A model generated the notes under the pieces. That model was given only the letters and a program-made list of their open reading frames with translations, had not been told where the DNA came from and ran no database searches. From an uncultured delta proteobacterium (GTDB lineage Bacteria; Desulfobacterota; Desulfobulbia; Desulfobulbales; BM004): a DNA stretch of 64,000 nt. The stretch lies in the NCBI GenBank assembly GCA_963783905.1, contig CAWAPG010000007.1, positions 5,281-69,280 on the forward strand, in the 5' to 3' direction. The translations under genes were made by a program, and so were the position numbers. Below, in pieces: positions 10,565 to 21,665 of the stretch (the first letter of the stretch is position 1; every line of letters begins with the position of its first letter).

Positions 10565-11617
10565 TCACCGCAGGTCCACAACTTCTTCCTCGGAAGGCAA
10601 ACTCTCATTACCCGGCTGCGCTGTGTCAAAAGAGGTCACCGTATAGAACAATTTCATACCGGGGGTCACCGACCGGTCAATATACTGATTCTGCCCGGGT
10701 CCAACTTCGGCGATTAATTCAGGCGTTGCCGCATCCTCTCCCCGGCGGTAGATCCTGTAACCGGCCAGATCATCACCTGCGACCGCAGGCCAGGCAAGTC
10801 TTACCCCGGAAAGAACTTCAATAGCCGCCAGATGTTGGGGCTGCGGGGGCGGGGTCAGATCCCGGGGTATCCCGGATGCAGCCTTGCTGGCACCCCCTGC
10901 CTGCAGGGAATCAGCATGAACAGCTAATGCGCGCACCCGGTACCAATAAAGCCTGTCATTTATCAAGCCGGCATCAAAAAATTCTGGTTCCTGAACCGGT
11001 TCACCATACGGAGCAAAATCCTCTTCATCGCTCCGGCGATAAACCTGGTACAGGACCGGATAGTGCAGCGGCTGTGCGTCGATAGTTTCGGTTACCGGGT
11101 CCCAACGCAGGGCAAGACTCCTGTCCCCGACATCGATCTGCAGACCCTTGGGGGTTTCCGGCGGCACAGTCCAGACAAAGGAAACAACATTGGAATCTCC
11201 ACTTTCATACCACCCGCCGGCCCGGGAGCGCACCTTGTAAAGGTAGTGATACCCGGTTTGCAGGTTTTCCTCGGTATATACCGCGATCCTGGCATCTCCT
11301 GCCGGAGAAAGAGGACCGCCGTCGATCTCCACCGGCTCTTCATACCGGACGGGACATTCCGGGCAGAAATCCTCTTCGGGGATAACCGCCCGATATATCT
11401 CAAAACTTTCAACAGCCTGCAGTTCGTCGCCATTTTCCATCTTGGTAGGATAGGTCCATTTCAGGGTGACACCTTCTTCATCAAGAACATACCGCAGATC
11501 ATTTATTCTAACGGGCACAAGCTTCTGGGGCGGAACCAAAGCCGTTTTCCGGCCGCAGCCGGACAACAGGATCATGAACACCATAACCGTTATTGCTGTA
11601 TAGCCGCGACAGCTCAT
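10565..11617 (-). CDS. Lipoprotein with about three fibronectin-type-III-like repeats
   Basis: Lipobox LLSGCG. Repeated L-x-W-x-P strands (LKWTYP, LRWDPV, LAWPAV) and Y-x-Y-x-V strands (YLYKVRS, YWYRVRA, LFYTVTS). Start overlaps the argH stop. Confidence 0.6.
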   Translation of the reverse strand: MSCRGYTAITVMVFMILLSGCGRKTALVPPQKLVPVRINDLRYVLDEEGVTLKWTYPTKMENGDELQAVESFEIYRAVIPEEDFCPECPVRYEEPVEIDGGPLSPAGDARIAVYTEENLQTGYHYLYKVRSRAGGWYESGDSNVVSFVWTVPPETPKGLQIDVGDRSLALRWDPVTETIDAQPLHYPVLYQVYRRSDEEDFAPYGEPVQEPEFFDAGLINDRLYWYRVRALAVHADSLQAGGASKAASGIPRDLTPPPQPQHLAAIEVLSGVRLAWPAVAGDDLAGYRIYRRGEDAATPELIAEVGPGQNQYIDRSVTPGMKLFYTVTSFDTAQPGNESLPSEEEVVDLR

Positions 11618-13008
11618 ATTCCCAGGTCGTTCTCGGCCTTTTCAATTTCCTGCATCACCGCCGTACCTCCAGTTCCGCCGGTGATATTACGGCTGTTGAC
11701 CGACCCTTCGATCTCCAGAACCGCAAAAACATCTTCACCAACAGCTTCACTGAACTCCTGCAGTTCCTCCAGGGACATATCGGTCAGTTCCTTATCACGG
11801 GCAATGCAATAGGCGACTGCCCGGCCGACTATGGCATGGGCCTGCCGGAAGGGAATATTTTTCCGCACCAGGTACTCGGCCAGGTCGGTTGCGGTCATAA
11901 AGCCCTTTTCCGTGGCCTGGGCCAGAATTTCCCGGTTAAAAGAAAGACCGGACAAAAGTTCAATCATGACTGCCAAGGACTTGCTGACGGTATCCACCGA
12001 ATCAAAGACAGGCTCCTTGTCTTCCTGAAGATCCCGGTTATAGGTCATGGGCAGCCCTTTGAGCACGGTCAGGAGGGCCATCAGATTGCCGACCACCCGG
12101 CCGCTTTTGCCCCGGACAAGCTCCGGCATGTCGGGGTTTTTTTTCTGCGGCATGATACTGCTTCCGGTACAGAACCTGTCGGCAATCTCGACAAAACCAA
12201 ATTCCCGACTCGTCCATAAAACCAGCTCTTCTGAGAACCGGCTCAGGTGAATCTGGATCAGGCTGCAGGCTCCAAGAAATTCAACCATGAAATCCCGGTC
12301 ACCCACAGCATCCATGGAGTTGGCGCTGATCCCGGAAAAACCCAGCTCCCGGGCAACAAAATCCCGGTCAACCGGCAGACTCGTACCGGCAAGGGCGCCG
12401 CTGCCCAGGGGCATGATATTGATCCGCTGCAGGCAATCGTTCAAACGGGCCTTATCCCGGGAAAACATCTCGTAATATGCCAGCAGATGATGTGAAAGCA
12501 GGACGGGCTGGGCTCGCTGCAGATGGGTATAACCCGGCATGATGACCCCGTAATATTCCCGGGCCAGAGAGACGAATCCTTTCTGCAGATCTGCAAGCAG
12601 GGTCATCAAGCGATAACTTTCATCCCGCAGATAAAGCCGCATATCAACCGCGATCTGGTCATTCCGGCTCCGGGCTGTATGGAGCTTTTCCCCGGCTGAG
12701 CCCACTTTATCCACCAGGGCCTTTTCGATATTCATGTGGATGTCTTCCAGTTCCGGCCGGAAGACAAAGGTATTGCCGTCAATTTCAGATTCAATCTCCG
12801 TCAGTCCGTCCAGAATCAGTTCAAGTTCCTCGCCGGTAAGCAGTCCGATCCCGGCCAGCATTTTGGCATGGGCCTTGCTGCCGGCGATATCATACCGGTA
12901 AAGCCGCTTATCAAAATGGATTGAGCCGCTGAATGCTTCCGCTGCCGGGGAGGTTTTTTCCGTAAACCGGCCGCCCCACGGCTTATCAGTTCCTGCTTTT
13001 GTTTTCAT
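11614..13008 (-). CDS. argH: Argininosuccinate lyase
   Basis: PWGGRF N-terminus, fumarate-lyase signature [12 protein letters not shown]. Confidence 0.9.
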   Translation of the reverse strand: MKTKAGTDKPWGGRFTEKTSPAAEAFSGSIHFDKRLYRYDIAGSKAHAKMLAGIGLLTGEELELILDGLTEIESEIDGNTFVFRPELEDIHMNIEKALVDKVGSAGEKLHTARSRNDQIAVDMRLYLRDESYRLMTLLADLQKGFVSLAREYYGVIMPGYTHLQRAQPVLLSHHLLAYYEMFSRDKARLNDCLQRINIMPLGSGALAGTSLPVDRDFVARELGFSGISANSMDAVGDRDFMVEFLGACSLIQIHLSRFSEELVLWTSREFGFVEIADRFCTGSSIMPQKKNPDMPELVRGKSGRVVGNLMALLTVLKGLPMTYNRDLQEDKEPVFDSVDTVSKSLAVMIELLSGLSFNREILAQATEKGFMTATDLAEYLVRKNIPFRQAHAIVGRAVAYCIARDKELTDMSLEELQEFSEAVGEDVFAVLEIEGSVNSRNITGGTGGTAVMQEIEKAENDLGI

Positions 13009-14200
13009 TTTTCATTAAGGCTCCAATCTGCAGCCGCAGGGCATTAAGTTTGATAAAGCCCGCGGCATCTGCCTGATTATACACCTCATCCTCCTCAAAG
13101 GTGGCAAAACTTTCCCGGTAAAGCGACTGGTCTGACTTGCGCCCCACGGGCATACAGTTGCCCTTGTAAAGTTTCAGCCGAACCGTGCCGCTCACCGTTG
13201 CCTGGGCCTCATCCATGGTTTTCTGCAGCAGCAGCATTTCCGGAGAGAACCAGAAACCGTTATAAACCAGTTCTGAATAACGGGCGACCAGGCTGTCCCG
13301 GATCCGCATGACCTCGCGGTCCATGGTAATTGTTTCCAGATCCCGGTGGGCTGTACGTAGGATCGTGCCGCCGGGAGTTTCATATACCCCGCGTGATTTC
13401 ATGCCGACAAAACGGTTCTCGACCATATCGAGACGGCCGATACCGTTTTCTCCTCCCAGCCGGTTCAATTCCTGGAAAAGACCACCCGGCGACAGGGCTT
13501 TACCGTTGATCGCCACCGGATTACCCCGGACAAATTCAAGCTCTGCATATACCGGTTTATCCGGCGCATCCTCAGGTGCTTTCGTCATCTTGAACATGGA
13601 GGGGTCCGGCTCATTCCAGGGATCTTCCAGAATGCCCCCCTCAAAGCTGACATGAAGCAGATTTTCATCTGAACTGTAAGGCTTCTCCCGGGTCACCGGC
13701 ACCGGTATGTTATGCTCCCTGGCATAATTTATCAGCCGGGTCCGGGAATTCAAATCCCATATACGCCAGGGGGCAATGATCTTCAGATGAGGATTCAAGG
13801 CCATATAGGTCAACTCAAAACGGACCTGGTCATTCCCCTTGCCGGTGGCGCCGTGGCTGACGGCATCGGCTCCTTCAGCGGCGGCCGCTCTGACCTGTTC
13901 CCTGGCAATAAGCGGCCGGGCCAGAGATGTTCCCAAAAGATAGGACCCCTCATAAATGGCATTGGCCCTGAAGGCCGGAAAGATAAAATCTTTGACAAAG
14001 ATCTCTTTGAGATCCGCGATTATAACCTTATCCGCCCCTGTTGCCGTTCCCTTTTCCCGGACCGCCTGCCAGTCTTCATCCTGTCCCAGGTCAGCGGCAA
14101 AGGCCACCACCGGGCAGCCATAGTTTTCCTGCAGCCATTTCAGGATTACCGAGGTATCAAGTCCTCCTGAATAGGCAAGAATTATCTTGTTAACTGTCAT
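12986..14200 (-). CDS. argG: Argininosuccinate synthase
   Basis: [22 protein letters not shown] and SxDxNLLH blocks. 23-nt overlap with argH. Confidence 0.9.
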   Translation of the reverse strand: MTVNKIILAYSGGLDTSVILKWLQENYGCPVVAFAADLGQDEDWQAVREKGTATGADKVIIADLKEIFVKDFIFPAFRANAIYEGSYLLGTSLARPLIAREQVRAAAAEGADAVSHGATGKGNDQVRFELTYMALNPHLKIIAPWRIWDLNSRTRLINYAREHNIPVPVTREKPYSSDENLLHVSFEGGILEDPWNEPDPSMFKMTKAPEDAPDKPVYAELEFVRGNPVAINGKALSPGGLFQELNRLGGENGIGRLDMVENRFVGMKSRGVYETPGGTILRTAHRDLETITMDREVMRIRDSLVARYSELVYNGFWFSPEMLLLQKTMDEAQATVSGTVRLKLYKGNCMPVGRKSDQSLYRESFATFEEDEVYNQADAAGFIKLNALRLQIGALMKNENKSRN

Positions 14201-14451
14201 GAATAATCACCCGAAAATCACTATGTTCATATAATTCCTGCAAAAAGTCATCTTGCTTTTTGTTATCTCACGCAGCCTGACCGCAAAAACATACGGGTAA
14301 AACTCGAACCCCGCCTTCACCGGCGATTTTTACCGCACCCGGTTAATTAACTGCTTCGGGGGATAGAACCTGAAGCGTGAAACTGATGATCATCCCCTGT
14401 TTTAGATTCCGGTGCAAGGTATTGTTCATGCACTGTGCAACAAAACCGGGA

Positions 14452-15363
14452 TCAGCCGATATGTTTTTCCAGTATAGCCTTATGGATATGAAGCTTATTT
14501 TCGGCCTGGTCAAAGGCAACACACTGCGGTCCTTCCAGAACCTCCGCCGATATCTCTTCTCCACGGTGAGCGGGCAGACAGTGCAGCACGATGCAGTCCG
14601 GTCTGGCATGGCTTAAAAGTTTAGCATCTACCTGAAAACCTTGAAAAACGCGCAGCCGTTCCTGCTGTTCACTTTCCTGACCCATGCTGGCCCAGACATC
14701 TGTATTGATGACATCAGCCGCCTGTACCGCTTCTACAGGATCGCGCACCACGGAGATCCGTGTTCCTGCAACCTGCTGCGCCACCTGCATAATATCCTCC
14801 CGGGGCTCATACCCCTGCGGACAGGCAAGGATCAGTTCGAATCCCATGGCGGCTGCAGCCTGCACCCAGGTATTGGCCATATTGTTACCGTCACCGACCC
14901 AGGCGATTTTAAGATTTTCCGGCCGGCCCTTTTTTTCGATAATCGTCATCATATCACTTAATACCTGGCAGGGATGAAACAGGTCGGTCAGGGCATTAAT
15001 CACCGGAATCGAGGCATAGCGAGCAAGCTCCGCCACCACTTCCTGGCCGAATGTCCGGACGACCAGGCCGTCCACATACCGTGACATTACCCGGGCCGTA
15101 TCCTTCAAAGGTTCACTTCTGGCCAGTTGGGTCTCTTTTGCCGACAGGAAGATGACCCGCCCCCCCAGGCCATACATGGCGGCCTCGAACGAAACCCTGG
15201 TCCTGGTTGAGGCTTTTTCAAAAATCAGGGCGATGGTTTTGCCGGTCAACTGCTTATGTCTTACGGCGGCGGCAGCTTCCTGCTTCAGGATCATAGCCCT
15301 ATCAATATAAGAGAAAAGCTCTTCCCGGTTGAAGTCGCTGAGCCGTAACAAATGTGTTGCCAT
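14452..15363 (-). CDS. argF: Ornithine carbamoyltransferase
   Basis: FEKASTRTRVSFE, HPCQ, HCLPAHRGEE motifs. Confidence 0.9.
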   Translation of the reverse strand: MATHLLRLSDFNREELFSYIDRAMILKQEAAAAVRHKQLTGKTIALIFEKASTRTRVSFEAAMYGLGGRVIFLSAKETQLARSEPLKDTARVMSRYVDGLVVRTFGQEVVAELARYASIPVINALTDLFHPCQVLSDMMTIIEKKGRPENLKIAWVGDGNNMANTWVQAAAAMGFELILACPQGYEPREDIMQVAQQVAGTRISVVRDPVEAVQAADVINTDVWASMGQESEQQERLRVFQGFQVDAKLLSHARPDCIVLHCLPAHRGEEISAEVLEGPQCVAFDQAENKLHIHKAILEKHIG

Positions 15364-15581
15364 GGTCCTACTCTCAGAAATAGTTAAGGCCCAATTTCCG
15401 TCCCGGCAGGTGCATAAAGAAGACGGAGAAATTGAGCCAAATTAAAAAATTTACTGGATAGCAGCGGTTTTGAAAAGTTTTTTTTACCCGCTATTGGAAT
15501 TTATATCAATATGTTTTTGCGATGTTTTTACGGCGACTACCGCCGGAATTCATCGTAACACCTGGTTGATTGCGGCAGAAA

Positions 15582-16784
15582 TCAGGCAAGCAGTGATAAA
15601 ACCCCGTCAAGTTCCCAGATCAGGATATCAATCTCTTCCCGGCTGACGACCAGCGGCGGAATAAACCGCAGCACGGCATTGCCGGCAAAGTTGATGAGTA
15701 CACCCCGTTCAAAAAGCTTCTGGACAATGGCCTGACCCTGTTCGATCCCGGCCTGGGTCAAAACCAGGCCCTGGATTAAACCCAGGCCCCGCTGACCGCT
15801 GGCAAACTTCGGATGCTTGGCAGCAAGCTGGGACAGCTTTTCGGCCAGGTATTCCCCCTTGTTGCGGACTTCTGAAAAAAAACCATCTGCCAGCATAACC
15901 TTCATGACGGCCACGGCCGCAGCGGCTGATACCGGGTTGCCGCCAAAGGTTGAGGCATGAGAACCGACGGAAAAGGCGGCGCCAATTTTATCGGTGGTCA
16001 GCATGGCGCCTATGGGTAAGCCATTGGCCAGGGCCTTGGCCAGAGTGAGAATATCAGGCACCACTCCCAGCTGTTCGTAGGCAAAGAGGGTGCCGGTTCT
16101 GCCGAGCCCTGTCTGCACCTCGTCAAAAATCAGCAGCAGGCCGTTTTGGTCACAGAGTTTCCGGATTTTTGCCAGATATTCTTTCTGCAGGGGCCGCACC
16201 CCGCTTTCTCCCTGCAAGGGCTCGCAGAGAATCGCACAGGTCCGTAGGGAAATAAGCTTTTCCAGGGCCTCGATATTGCTGAATTCCGCATGCAGAAAGC
16301 CGGACGGCAGGGGCTCAAAACCCTGATGGAATTTGGGCTGTCCCGTTGCGGCAACCGTGGCAAGAGTCCTACCGTGGAAGGAACCGGTAAGCGATATGAT
16401 CTCAAACCGGTCCCGGCTGCTGTATTTCCTGGCCAGTTTGATGGCGGCTTCGTTGGCCTCGGCGCCGCTGTTGCCAAAGAACACTCGGTCGGCAAAGGAA
16501 TGTGCCACCAGGATCTCGGCCAGCTCTGTCTGCGGCTGGGTGTGAAAAAGATTGGAGACATGGACCAATTTGGCGGCCTGCTCGCAGATCGCCCGGGTGA
16601 CCTCCGGATGACAATGCCCCAGACTGCAGACAGCTATGCCGGCAAGGAAATCAAGATACTTTTTGCCGTCAGCATCTTCCAGGACACATCCCTGGCCCTT
16701 GACAAGTACCGTTGGGAACCGGTTGTACGTTGCAATAAACACCTGATTGCTCCTTTTTATCCAGCTGCTGTTTCCGCCGCTCAT
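15582..16784 (-). CDS. argD: Acetylornithine aminotransferase
   Basis: Class III aminotransferase: [36 protein letters not shown]. Confidence 0.85.
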   Translation of the reverse strand: MSGGNSSWIKRSNQVFIATYNRFPTVLVKGQGCVLEDADGKKYLDFLAGIAVCSLGHCHPEVTRAICEQAAKLVHVSNLFHTQPQTELAEILVAHSFADRVFFGNSGAEANEAAIKLARKYSSRDRFEIISLTGSFHGRTLATVAATGQPKFHQGFEPLPSGFLHAEFSNIEALEKLISLRTCAILCEPLQGESGVRPLQKEYLAKIRKLCDQNGLLLIFDEVQTGLGRTGTLFAYEQLGVVPDILTLAKALANGLPIGAMLTTDKIGAAFSVGSHASTFGGNPVSAAAAVAVMKVMLADGFFSEVRNKGEYLAEKLSQLAAKHPKFASGQRGLGLIQGLVLTQAGIEQGQAIVQKLFERGVLINFAGNAVLRFIPPLVVSREEIDILIWELDGVLSLLA

Positions 16785-17671
16785 AACACAATCTCCGTGC
16801 CGACTCCCTCATCGGTAAACATCTCCAGCAAAATAGCATGTTCCACCCGCCCGTCAATGATATGGGTCTTGGCAACCCCGGCGGCAAGGGCTGATTGACA
16901 GCACTTGATCTTGGGAATCATGCCGCCTGCTATCGCACCTGATGCCAGCATTTCGTCCGCTTCACCGCTGCTTAATGACCCCACCAGCCTGGAATCCTTA
17001 TCAAGCACCCCGACCACATCGGTCAGCAGAATCAGCTTTGCCGCATTAAGGTGTGCCGCCACCGCTCCTGCAACCAGATCAGCATTGATATTATAGGAAA
17101 AATTATCCTCGCCGACACCTACCGGGGCAATCACCGGGATAAAATCCTGCACCTCTAAGGTCTGCAGGATGTGGGGATTGACCTGGGTCACCTCACCCAC
17201 CCGGCCCAGATCAATCAATTCGGGCGGGGCGTCTTCGGTCTGGCTTTTCCGGATTGTCATCTTTTGGGCCCTGATCAGGTCGCCGTCACGGCCGGACAAT
17301 CCCACCGCCCTGCCGCCGTGCTGGTTGATGAGCCCGACTATCTCCTTATTGACCTTGCCCACCAGCACCATTTCCACGACATCCATGGTTTCGGTATCAG
17401 TTATCCGCATGCCCTCGATATAACTGGGCTTGATCTGCATCCGGTCAAGGACCCTGTTTATCTGGGGGCCACCGCCATGGACGATTACGGGATTTATGCC
17501 GATATATTTCATCAGGATAATATCCAGGGCGAAATTTTTTTTCAATTCTTCGTCAACCATGGCATGGCCGCCATACTTGATCACCACGGTCTTATTATAG
17601 AATGCCCTGATATATGGCAGCGATTCTATTAAAATTTTTGCCTTTTCTATCGATTCTTTCATTGGACTCAC
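16781..17671 (-). CDS. argB: Acetylglutamate kinase
   Basis: [27 protein letters not shown] blocks. 4-nt overlap with argD. Confidence 0.9.
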   Translation of the reverse strand: MSPMKESIEKAKILIESLPYIRAFYNKTVVIKYGGHAMVDEELKKNFALDIILMKYIGINPVIVHGGGPQINRVLDRMQIKPSYIEGMRITDTETMDVVEMVLVGKVNKEIVGLINQHGGRAVGLSGRDGDLIRAQKMTIRKSQTEDAPPELIDLGRVGEVTQVNPHILQTLEVQDFIPVIAPVGVGEDNFSYNINADLVAGAVAAHLNAAKLILLTDVVGVLDKDSRLVGSLSSGEADEMLASGAIAGGMIPKIKCCQSALAAGVAKTHIIDGRVEHAILLEMFTDEGVGTEIVL

Positions 17672-18020
17672 CGCTCAATCCTTTACAGTTATGATCCGGC
17701 TTGACTCTCCATAATTGCTGGACATTGGCAGCCGGATGCGGGGAAAGCTCCGTTCGCCGCCGAATACCCTGTAACAAATGCCTGGTTGCCATCGCAACAA
17801 CCTGCGAAAAATAATGGCCTGATTGTCTGTGATATCAGGCGCCCATCTTAATGATTCCTGGATGTTATGTAAAGGTATCTTTGCTTTCGGCCATGTCAGC
17901 CGGTACTCTTTACAATCTATTCAACAAAAAGTATGCTCTCAAGCCAGTATTTAAAAAAGCACAATCGGAAAAAACGCCGTTCTACAAAAACAAATCTCTA
18001 TTATTTTCAGGCGCACAATT

Positions 18021-18593
18021 ATGCGGTTAGTAACTCTTGTCCTCTGTCTTATATGCATCTTCTGTTGGACCCCTGCCTCACGGGCCCAGGGAGAATTGAA
18101 TAATACTCCCATCAGGATTGAAGCCGACCGCATGGTGACATCCCAGGAGGACAGTACTGTTGTTTTCTCAGGAAATGTCCAGGCGAACCAGGCCAACCTC
18201 TTTATCCATGCAGACCAAATGACGGTTCTGTATGCCAAAACCGGAACCTCTGCCGATGATTCCGGCGGCACTGCTGTGAACCCAACCCGCAATATTGAAC
18301 GAATCAAGGCAACCGGCAATGTTAAGATTGTTCAGAAAAACTGGATTGCAACCGGTGACAGCATGGATTTCAATGCCGATGACAGAATTATTACGCTTGC
18401 CGGCAATGCCAAGGCCTGGCAGGACAAAAACATGGTCAGCGGCGAAAAAATCATCCTTTATCTCGATGAGGGCAAAAGTGTCGTGGAGAAGAGCACCCAG
18501 GAAGGCGAACGAGTGAAGGCATTTATCTATCCATCGGCAAATGAACCGGTGACAAACGAAAAAAATGACTCCACGAACCCGGCTGATCATTAA
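18021..18593 (+). CDS. lptA: LPS export periplasmic protein LptA (OstA-like)
   Basis: Signal peptide, OstA-like beta-jellyroll repeats (IEADRM..., ATGNVKI...). Located immediately upstream of lptB-rpoN. Confidence 0.75.
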   Translation: MRLVTLVLCLICIFCWTPASRAQGELNNTPIRIEADRMVTSQEDSTVVFSGNVQANQANLFIHADQMTVLYAKTGTSADDSGGTAVNPTRNIERIKATGNVKIVQKNWIATGDSMDFNADDRIITLAGNAKAWQDKNMVSGEKIILYLDEGKSVVEKSTQEGERVKAFIYPSANEPVTNEKNDSTNPADH

Positions 18594-18617
18594 CAAGATC
18601 TCGCAGATGGTGACGAC

Positions 18618-19340
18618 ATGGCACTCCTCGAAGCCCGTGAAATAGTAAAGCAGTACCATAACCGCAGAGTTGTTGACGGGGTCAGCCTCCGGGTTGAGAA
18701 TGGGTCGGTGGTCGGTCTGCTTGGTCCCAACGGCGCCGGCAAAACCACCTCATTTTATATGATTGCCGGCTTTGTAAGACCCAAAACCGGACGGGTGCTC
18801 CTCGATAATGAGGATATCACCGGTTTGCCTATTCATAAAAGGGCCCAAAGAGGAATTTCCTACCTTGCCCAGGAGCCTTCCATTTTCAAAAAGCTGACAG
18901 TGGAAGAAAATATCAGGATCGTTCTCGAGCCCCTGGGGGTGGATAAAGATGAAATAGAAGACAGAATTAACAGCCTCCTGGAGGATATGAAAATTCAAGC
19001 ACTCGCCGGCAACCGGGCCAATACCCTTTCCGGAGGTGAGAGGCGCCGGGTTGAAATCATGCGGGCTCTGGCCATAAAACCCCGTTTCATTCTCCTTGAT
19101 GAACCCTTTGCCGGCATCGACCCCCTCTCGGTTGCAGACCTGCAGCAGATAATAATCGAGCTCAGGAATAAAGGCCTGGGAATACTCATTTCCGACCATA
19201 ACGTACGCGAAACCCTGTCTGTCTGTGATCATGCCTATATCATCAGCAAAGGCAAAATTCTAACCAGCGGCAATACCGCAGAAATTATCAAAAATGTAGA
19301 GGCCAGAAAAATCTATCTGGGAGAAAATTTCGCATTATGA
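18618..19340 (+). CDS. lptB: LPS export ABC transporter ATP-binding protein
   Basis: Walker A GPNGAGKTT, signature LSGGERRRVEI, Walker B ILLDEP. Conserved lptB-rpoN linkage. Confidence 0.9.
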   Translation: MALLEAREIVKQYHNRRVVDGVSLRVENGSVVGLLGPNGAGKTTSFYMIAGFVRPKTGRVLLDNEDITGLPIHKRAQRGISYLAQEPSIFKKLTVEENIRIVLEPLGVDKDEIEDRINSLLEDMKIQALAGNRANTLSGGERRRVEIMRALAIKPRFILLDEPFAGIDPLSVADLQQIIIELRNKGLGILISDHNVRETLSVCDHAYIISKGKILTSGNTAEIIKNVEARKIYLGENFAL

Positions 19341-19483
19341 TGAAGAATATGCTTGCATGCAAAAAAGGTACCAACTATATTCCTTTTGCGGAAAGTTTAT
19401 TATATTTATTTCTCAAAAAAACTTTTTCCACCCAAAAAAGGTTGAATTGAGTTGAAAATCAGAAAAGGACGACTGTTCAGGAT

Positions 19484-20947
19484 ATGTCTCTTGCTTTAAA
19501 ACAACAGCTTAAACTAACCCAGCAGCTGCTGATGACACCGCAGCTGCAGCAGGCTATCAAGCTGCTGCAGCTTTCCAGGCTGGAACTGGCCGACACCATT
19601 CGCCAAGAAATCGAACAGAATCCTCTGCTGGAAGAGATCAACTCGGGTGATACCGATTATGATATCAGTCCGGATTCCCTCTCGGCCACGGAAGAAACCC
19701 CGGCTGCCTCGGAGTCGGAAAAAACCGGTGAAGTCAACATGGACAATGTGTCTTCCATGCAGGAAATAAACTGGGAGGATGATTATGCCAATTATTATGA
19801 CGCCGGCTTTTCATTCTCCCGGGAAACCCCTGAACGCAACCGATTGACCCAGATTGACTTTTTCACCAAGGAAACCAATCTCCAGTCTCATCTTCAATGG
19901 CAGATGTCCAACGCCGAGCTGAGCGAAGAGCTCGAGGACGCCTGCCTGTTCGTCATCGGCAACTTGAATCATAACGGCTTTCTCGAGGTAAACCTTGAAG
20001 ACATCACCAGAGAAATCGGCTGTAATGAAGATACAGCCAGAAAGGCGATTACCATCATTCAGGATATGGATCCGCCCGGAGTCGCAGCCACCAATGTCCA
20101 GGAATCATTGGTGCTGCAATTAAAACGGCTTGATCTCGAAAATTCCCTGGCCGCGGAAATAATCAAGGATCATCTGCACAGCCTGGAGCTGAAAAACTAC
20201 GGTGCCATTGCCAAGGCCACCAAGAAACCCATAAAGGAGGTCCTGGCGGCGATAGATATTATTACCGGCCTCAATCCCTTTCCCGGCGAGCAATATGCTG
20301 AACGTGACATACACTATATCATTCCGGATGTCTTTGTTCACAAGGTCGGGGATGAATACCTCATAGTTTTAAACGATGAGGGGCTGCCCCGTTTAAAAGT
20401 TTCTTCCGCCTATGAACAGATTGTTGAAGGAGACACGAACGCTTCTGCAGAGACCAAGGCCTACATCAAAGAAAAACTTCGCGATGCGGTCTGGCTCATC
20501 AAAAGCATGCAGCAACGGCAGCGCACCATATACAAGGTTGTGGAAAGTTTGCTTAAATTCCAGAAAGACTTTTTTGAAAAGGGGGTGCAGCATTTGAAAC
20601 CCCTGGTGCTGCGCGATGTGGCGGAAGACATAAGCATGCACGAATCAACGGTCAGCCGCGTGACCACCAACAAGTACATGCATACCCCGCAGGGTATTTA
20701 TGAGCTCAAATATTTCTTTTCCACTGCCATTCCCCAGCAGAACGGAGACGCCCTTGCGGCGGAGAGCATCAGGCAGCGCATTAAGAACATGATTAAAAAT
20801 GAAAACCCGGAAAAACCGCTGACCGACAACGCCATTTCCAAAATCCTGATTCAGGAAAATATCAAGGTCGCCCGCCGGACGGTGGCCAAATACCGGGAGC
20901 AGCTCGGAATCCTGCCGGTCAAGCACAGGCGCCAGCCAAAGATGTAG
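19484..20947 (+). CDS. rpoN: RNA polymerase sigma-54 factor
   Basis: N-terminal Gln/Leu-rich region I (LKQQLKLTQQLLMTPQLQQAIKLLQLS). RpoN box ARRTVAKYR near the C-terminus. Confidence 0.95.
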   Translation: MSLALKQQLKLTQQLLMTPQLQQAIKLLQLSRLELADTIRQEIEQNPLLEEINSGDTDYDISPDSLSATEETPAASESEKTGEVNMDNVSSMQEINWEDDYANYYDAGFSFSRETPERNRLTQIDFFTKETNLQSHLQWQMSNAELSEELEDACLFVIGNLNHNGFLEVNLEDITREIGCNEDTARKAITIIQDMDPPGVAATNVQESLVLQLKRLDLENSLAAEIIKDHLHSLELKNYGAIAKATKKPIKEVLAAIDIITGLNPFPGEQYAERDIHYIIPDVFVHKVGDEYLIVLNDEGLPRLKVSSAYEQIVEGDTNASAETKAYIKEKLRDAVWLIKSMQQRQRTIYKVVESLLKFQKDFFEKGVQHLKPLVLRDVAEDISMHESTVSRVTTNKYMHTPQGIYELKYFFSTAIPQQNGDALAAESIRQRIKNMIKNENPEKPLTDNAISKILIQENIKVARRTVAKYREQLGILPVKHRRQPKM

Positions 20948-20976
20948 ATTTTCCGCCTGAATTCCAGAAACAGCCC

Positions 20977-21579
20977 CTATTCCTGTCTGTCCTGAAGATA
21001 GCTCATTGACCATCCACCCTGTTCCGTCGCCGTTGCTTTGAGAATTACGCCGTTGTCAATCTTTATTGACCTGAAATCCTTAATCGCAAGTCCCTGGAAA
21101 TAAAGGACAAGACAGCGGAGAACAATGAGATGGCTCACCAGCAGCGGATTCTGCGGCCGCCCACCCGTCAGAATCCGGTGCAGACCAGCAACAACCCTCC
21201 GCTGTACCTGTGCCAGAGTTTCACTTCCAGGCAGTTCAAAGGTATGTGGTGCGGCAAGCCAGACGGGGTATTGCGTCCCATACCGCTTTCTGATCTCATC
21301 CTTGGTCAAGCCTTCCCAGTGAGGGATATTAATGTCATCAAACTCGGCCAGGGAAGAGACGGGGATATGGAGCAGTGAGCCAAGAATTGCCGCTGACTGC
21401 GATGTCCGCATCGCCGGCCCGCTGTATATGACGCCAATATTTTCTTGCCGCAGTCGCTCCCCCACCTGTTGTATCTGCTCGACGCCTTCAGCAAGAAGTT
21501 CTTCACTGCTTCTGCCGGCAAAACGGTTTTCCTTGTTGGCGGATGTGACGCCGTGGCGGACCAGGTAGATTGTCGACAT
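20977..21579 (-). CDS. Histidine phosphatase family protein (phosphoglycerate-mutase-like)
   Basis: IYLVRHGVTSAN (RHG motif), 200 aa. Confidence 0.7.
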   Translation of the reverse strand: MSTIYLVRHGVTSANKENRFAGRSSEELLAEGVEQIQQVGERLRQENIGVIYSGPAMRTSQSAAILGSLLHIPVSSLAEFDDINIPHWEGLTKDEIRKRYGTQYPVWLAAPHTFELPGSETLAQVQRRVVAGLHRILTGGRPQNPLLVSHLIVLRCLVLYFQGLAIKDFRSIKIDNGVILKATATEQGGWSMSYLQDRQE

Positions 21580-21665
21580 GTAATTAAAGTGACTCTTTAA
21601 TCATTAAAGAATGAAGATTGGAGTTTAATGGAGGAGAATCTTCAATCTGCAATCTTCAATTATAT

